The notes beneath the pieces are model-generated. The model saw nothing but the letters and a program-made list of their open reading frames with translations. It was not told the DNA's origin and made no database searches. DNA of 64,000 nucleotides from an uncultured bacterium (lineage in GTDB: Bacteria; Babelota; Babeliae; Babelales; Babelaceae). A program made the translations under genes and the position numbers. The stretch is from NCBI GenBank assembly GCA_963824495.1, contig CAWGPQ010000006.1, positions 32,001 to 96,000 on the forward strand, in the 5' to 3' direction. Positions 59,652 through 64,000 of this stretch are shown here, piece by piece (position 1 is the first letter of the stretch; each line of letters opens with the position of its first letter).

Positions 59652-60557
59652 ATGATAGTATCTACTAAATCGTATATTATTGCACTTTCTTGTATAGTTT
59701 TGGCAGAATGTACACTCGTGAGTAAAGTTGTTATCTTCGATTTGGGAGGTGTTCTTACCGAGCTCAGCTATAATCGCATGGCTCAATCTTTGTTTGGGCG
59801 TAATACGCTTGCTTATGTTGCATGGGATTGGCAGAATCCTCTTAAAATTAAAGATCGCGCTTTACAGCTGTTAGGGATGTGGCGTAAGGAGAATACGCTG
59901 GCACATAAAGATCGAGGTCGTATGCCTAATGGCACACCTATGCCGACCCTTCTTTGCTTATGGCAATCGGGCCTTATATCACATCCTGAAATAATAAAAG
60001 AAATTGAACTACTTCTTAAAGATCTTGATAATTCTGGTCACTTTAAAAATCAGCGTGAAAAAGCTATTATTTCTGACGTTTTAGCTGCTATGTTTAACCC
60101 TACTCTTTTAGCTGATAACATTACTCCTATTGCACAAGCTGTTCAGCTTCTTGCCCGTGTAGCACGAACGCCGGATAGAGATGGTAAAAGGAATGAGCTT
60201 TTTATTTTATCTAATTGGGATCTGCATTCATTTGCTCTTTTTCGTCATACTGACCGAGGGCGTTCTATTTTTGATTATTTTAACCCTGAAAACATTGTCA
60301 TTTCAGGCCATATCGGTGCGCTTAAGCCATCTCCTGCGTGCTTTAAAGCTTTTTTCTCAAAACATAAACAGATAAAGCCTGCTGACTGTATTTTTATTGA
60401 TGACCAACCGGAAAATATCCAAGCAGCAATCGATCATGGTATACTACACGGTATCTTGCTTGAAGATTCTTATATATTTGGCTTTATGCGTTACGGTAAG
60501 GACTATGGAAAGCTTCGCAAAAAACTTCACGCGCTAGGAGTTTTTGGCAAAGCTTAA
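59652..60557 (+). CDS. HAD-family phosphatase with signal-like N-terminus (paralog 1)
   Basis: VIFDLGGVL, LSNW, KP, FIDDQPEN; ATG 59652. Confidence 0.88.
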   Translation: MIVSTKSYIIALSCIVLAECTLVSKVVIFDLGGVLTELSYNRMAQSLFGRNTLAYVAWDWQNPLKIKDRALQLLGMWRKENTLAHKDRGRMPNGTPMPTLLCLWQSGLISHPEIIKEIELLLKDLDNSGHFKNQREKAIISDVLAAMFNPTLLADNITPIAQAVQLLARVARTPDRDGKRNELFILSNWDLHSFALFRHTDRGRSIFDYFNPENIVISGHIGALKPSPACFKAFFSKHKQIKPADCIFIDDQPENIQAAIDHGILHGILLEDSYIFGFMRYGKDYGKLRKKLHALGVFGKA

Positions 60558-60635
60558 GCCGCATTTGTGCCTCTAATAGATTAGTGATAAGCTAGAAAAG
60601 CTTTATCTTGTGATATTTTTATAGTAGGGGTTACG

Positions 60636-61559
60636 GTGCTCATATTTAAAAGACATATTATGAGCATGCTTATGCTTTTTGCATCTTGCAATGCTTATGG
60701 CAAAGTTATTATTTGGGACCTTGGAGATGTTCTGGTTAGCTTATCCAAACTGGGAATGGCTCGACCTTTAATTGGGCATAACGTAATAACCTATACGATA
60801 TGGGATTGGCAAAATCCCCTAAGTCTTCACGATCGCGCCTTAGAATCATTAAAATATTGGCACGGCGAAAGTAAGCTCGAGCTTAAGGATCGTAGCTATT
60901 TATGTAATCGTATCCCTATGCCAGCCCTACTGTGCTTATGGCAAGCAGGCAAGATCTGTCAGGCTGATGTGCAAAAAGAAGTTACTCTACTTTTAGAGGA
61001 TCTTGATCATGCCAAATTTTTTAAAAATCAACGTGAAAAAGCACTTATCTCAGATATTCTAATTAGCACCATGTTTAATCCTGATCTTTTTGCTGCCAAT
61101 GTTGCGCCTGTACGTCGAGCTATAAAGCTTTTAGGTGATGTTGCTAAAGCTCACGATGAACACGGCAACAGGAATGAGCTTTTTATCTTATCTAACTGGG
61201 ATCCTTATTCATTTGAGATTTTCCGTAATTCAAAGCGAGGACGATTTATTCGTCGTTACTTTAAGCCTGAAAATATTGTTATTTCTGGGAATCTTAAAGC
61301 TCTTAAGCCATCTTCTGATTGCTTTAAAGCTTTTTTCTCAAAGTACCCAAAGTTACATCCAGCTGACTGTATTTTTATCGATGATCAGCCAGAAAATATC
61401 GATGCTGCAGTCAAATATGGCATACAGGGTGTCTTGCTTGAAGATTCATATGTGCTTGGGTTTATCCGGCATGGTAAAGATTACGGAAGACTTCGCAAGC
61501 AACTTCAAGAACTTGGTGTCTTTGGTACGTATAGACCTAAAGCGAGCTTAGTGAATTAG
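60636..61559 (+). CDS. HAD-family phosphatase with signal peptide (paralog 2)
   Basis: IIWDLGDVL, LSNW, KP, FIDDQPEN. Confidence 0.88.
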   Translation: MLIFKRHIMSMLMLFASCNAYGKVIIWDLGDVLVSLSKLGMARPLIGHNVITYTIWDWQNPLSLHDRALESLKYWHGESKLELKDRSYLCNRIPMPALLCLWQAGKICQADVQKEVTLLLEDLDHAKFFKNQREKALISDILISTMFNPDLFAANVAPVRRAIKLLGDVAKAHDEHGNRNELFILSNWDPYSFEIFRNSKRGRFIRRYFKPENIVISGNLKALKPSSDCFKAFFSKYPKLHPADCIFIDDQPENIDAAVKYGIQGVLLEDSYVLGFIRHGKDYGRLRKQLQELGVFGTYRPKASLVN

Positions 61560-61694
61560 GTAAAAGTATACAATCCATTTTTCTTACCGACACAACATCG
61601 GTATCCATACTAGCTCTTACTAACAAGTTTTTTATTAATTTTTTATAACTGTTATGCTTGCACTAACTGATTAATAAAAACCCAGGAGGTCATC

Positions 61695-62153
61695 TTGAAT
61701 TTGGTTGTTAAAATGCTTTATATGCATATATTTTTTATTGGTTTATCTCTCGTGGGGATGGCACTGCCAAATCAAGCATTAATAGATCGTGTTATGAACG
61801 AGAGAAAGCTTGAAGAAGCTTCACCTGCGCTGCAAGCTCTTGCTCAAGAGGTACTATCTGCTTGTGGTATTACTGAGCCTGTTGTGATTTTAGAAGACCC
61901 CGCTATGCCTAGAGATGTTGATGGCTTGAGCTTTAGGCGGGAGGGACAGCCTTTTATGGTATTCCCGCCAACGCCAGAGCTCACTGAAGATATAGCCCGG
62001 GGAAGAACGTGGGTTGCCTATCATGAGACAGGCCATATATATTACAATCACGCTGGTCTTACTAAACCTCTCGCTCAACGTATGATATACGGAGGCTTAG
62101 CGATAGGGACAGTGTATTTTTGTTTTTCTCTATTGTTAAGGCAATCTTATTGA
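61695..62153 (+). CDS. HExxH zinc metalloprotease-like (M48-like) protein, probably truncated
   Basis: GGAGG SD, signal peptide, VAYHETGH; ends soon after with no third-ligand region. Confidence 0.55.
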   Translation: MNLVVKMLYMHIFFIGLSLVGMALPNQALIDRVMNERKLEEASPALQALAQEVLSACGITEPVVILEDPAMPRDVDGLSFRREGQPFMVFPPTPELTEDIARGRTWVAYHETGHIYYNHAGLTKPLAQRMIYGGLAIGTVYFCFSLLLRQSY

Positions 62154-62235
62154 TGATGGGTGTACCACATGCAACACCGCAAGAGCAATCAGCATATCTG
62201 AGGGATTGCCTAAGTAAGCATGAAATTAAAGATAG

Positions 62236-62967
62236 TTAAGTAATTTCTTGGCGCTTTTTACCCTGGACAAACTGTTGTATACGTGGATAACGATCGGGGT
62301 GAGCCCAGAAGTCTTTTGATTCAGCGGTTTCAACGATAGTGCCATGACCCATAAGATAGATGGTACATGGTAATTGCTCAATAAGCTTTGTATCATGTGA
62401 TGCTACAAGCACGATATACTTTTCGCGGGCAAGTTCTTCAATAGATTGCGCTACATAGGAAGTTAAAAGAGGATCAAGCGCTGAAGTCGGTTCATCCATA
62501 CAAATAACCTTTGGCTTAAGAGCAAGGGTGCGTGCAATGGCAAGTCGTTGCTTTTGGCCACCGGAAAGTTGTGATGCGTACACTTTGGCTTTATCTTCAA
62601 GATGATATTTTTTAAGAAGCTGATGAGCCTGCTGATGTGCAGTATGGGGGCTCAGGCCCATAGCTTTTTCAAGAGGAAATGTAATATTCTGCTCGACGGT
62701 CATATGCTCAAACAGATTAAACTGCTGAAATACCATGCCTATAGTATGCGTAGTGGTAATAGCTTGTAAATTAAGTTCTTTGTTATCAAGCGTTACCGTA
62801 CCGCTATCAGGAGTTTCTAAGCCATTAAGAACACGCAAGAGTGTTGATTTGCCCACACCTGACGGCCCTAAGAGCACCGCTATATGTCCCTGTCCTACAG
62901 CAAGAGATATGTTATGCAAAATATACGTGCTGTTAAATTTTTTAGAAAGATTGGTTATGCTGAGCAT
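62236..62967 (-). CDS. Polar amino acid ABC transporter ATP-binding protein (GlnQ-like)
   Basis: GPSGVGKST, MVFQQFNLF, LSGGQKQR, DEPTSALDP. Confidence 0.95.
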   Translation of the reverse strand: MLSITNLSKKFNSTYILHNISLAVGQGHIAVLLGPSGVGKSTLLRVLNGLETPDSGTVTLDNKELNLQAITTTHTIGMVFQQFNLFEHMTVEQNITFPLEKAMGLSPHTAHQQAHQLLKKYHLEDKAKVYASQLSGGQKQRLAIARTLALKPKVICMDEPTSALDPLLTSYVAQSIEELAREKYIVLVASHDTKLIEQLPCTIYLMGHGTIVETAESKDFWAHPDRYPRIQQFVQGKKRQEIT

Positions 62968-63613
62968 GACGGTTAAGTCGCTTTTCGAGTAATGTGACGC
63001 CATATGATAACGGTGTTGTCATAAGTAAATAGAGTGCTGCAACAGCACAGTAGACAGTAAGCGCATCATAGGTAACACTAATTATAGTTTGACCCTCTTT
63101 GTAGAGTTCCACTACGCCAATCCATGAGGCTAAGCTTGAGTCTTTGATGAGCGTTATCGCTTCGTTGCCCAATGCTGGAACTACCACCCTAAACGCTTGA
63201 GGTAGGACTATATAGCGCATCAGATCCCACTGGTTAATACCCAGCGTTCGTGCAGCCTCAATTTGACCTTTGCTTACCGAGCTAATACCAGCTCGTATTA
63301 TTTGGCTTATATAAGCACCACTATTAAGGCCTATAGCAAGTACTGCTGCCATAAATGTCGATAAGTGAAGGCCGCTTAATGAAAGTACATAATACAGAAA
63401 AACGATCTGTATAAGCATGGGGGTTCCCCGTATTACTGCAGTATAAGCAGTAATAATAGACCGTACCAGAGAATTCTTGCCGCTTTGCAGTACCCCCAAA
63501 AGTGTTCCACTAACAAAACCAAGTGCTAACGATAATCCCGCTATTTTTAGACTTACCAGTGCGCCATGGAGGAGCTGTGGTAGTGATGCTGAAATGAGCT
63601 CGAAATTAATCAT
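62942..63613 (-). CDS. Polar amino acid ABC transporter permease (GlnP/HisM-like)
   Basis: RGTPMLIQ, GQIEAARTLG (EAA loop), LIKDSSL. Confidence 0.95.
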   Translation of the reverse strand: MINFELISASLPQLLHGALVSLKIAGLSLALGFVSGTLLGVLQSGKNSLVRSIITAYTAVIRGTPMLIQIVFLYYVLSLSGLHLSTFMAAVLAIGLNSGAYISQIIRAGISSVSKGQIEAARTLGINQWDLMRYIVLPQAFRVVVPALGNEAITLIKDSSLASWIGVVELYKEGQTIISVTYDALTVYCAVAALYLLMTTPLSYGVTLLEKRLNRHAQHNQSF

Positions 63614-64000
63614 ATGACATGCCACTTTTCCTTAAGTGAAGCAAGGGTACCATCAGATACAAGCTGTGTAATAATCTGATCGATGTGCTGTGCAAGCTCT
63701 GGATAGCGGCGCGAGATTGCTAGAGCAGTGCTTTCTTGCGTACCATCAATAGTAAACGTATTGAATGCTGCTTTACTATAGTGTTCAAAGAATGGCTTAA
63801 TAGTATTGGATGCCGTAACAAAAGCATAAGCCCGTCCACTGGTAAGAGCAAGAAGAGCGTCAGCAACGCTTGGCAAGCGCTTAAGTAGGGGACCCTGACG
63901 CCCCGACATATAGCTGTCAGCCGTATAGCCCTGATTGACTATTACTTCTTTGCCATCAAGATCGCTTATATTCATAAGAGGCGGATTTTGTGCTTGGGTA
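63610..64000 (-). CDS. Polar amino acid ABC transporter substrate-binding protein, 3' part
   Basis: DLDGKEVIVNQGYT, LALTSGR, DGTL..L.EKW; runs off window. Confidence 0.9.
   Translation of the reverse strand, partial: TQAQNPPLMNISDLDGKEVIVNQGYTADSYMSGRQGPLLKRLPSVADALLALTSGRAYAFVTASNTIKPFFEHYSKAAFNTFTIDGTQESTALAISRRYPELAQHIDQIITQLVSDGTLASLKEKWHVI

Noticed and set aside
1..64000. tRNA/rRNA genes and CRISPR arrays
   Set aside because: None recognised by eye in intergenic regions; a covariance-model scan would be needed to exclude small RNAs

Overview
AT-rich bacterial chromosomal window. Its content (ankyrin and LRR proteins, many signal-peptide orphan paralogs, nutrient-salvage transporters, Chlamydia-type tgt/yhhQ) suggests an intracellular parasite of protists, plausibly Babelota (TM6/Dependentiae); this taxonomy is inference. 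Housekeeping genes: infB (partial), nusA, family-4 UDG, comEC, mnmG, mraY, TrmH-family methylase, tgt, yhhQ, clpB, short uvrC, and ABC/APC/OPT transporters. Highlights: (1) a candidate oriC at 2380-2695 with two mirror-image, 11-bp-phased arrays of four DnaA boxes plus inverted DnaA-trio-like tracts, and no dnaA in the window; (2) a ~180-bp non-coding IS200/IS605-type mini-element (left-end hairpin, omegaRNA-like body, TCAA right end) interrupting an ankyrin gene; (3) a signal-peptide polymorphic toxin with an EndoU tip, a putative immunity gene, and an orphan toxin-tip/immunity cassette; (4) seven tandem secreted helical paralogs with mosaic conserved cassettes, a duplicated promoter and an unannotated Cys-rich peptide, converging on a three-gene operon of large secreted proteins with a 5' hairpin; (5) an Skp1-like + LRR candidate effector; (6) an IS3 element with a 3-bp target duplication, several disarmed TA relics, an intact MazEF-like pair, and many single-base frameshifts confined to accessory genes. 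No rRNA, tRNA or CRISPR was recognised. All calls are by eye, with no database searches.
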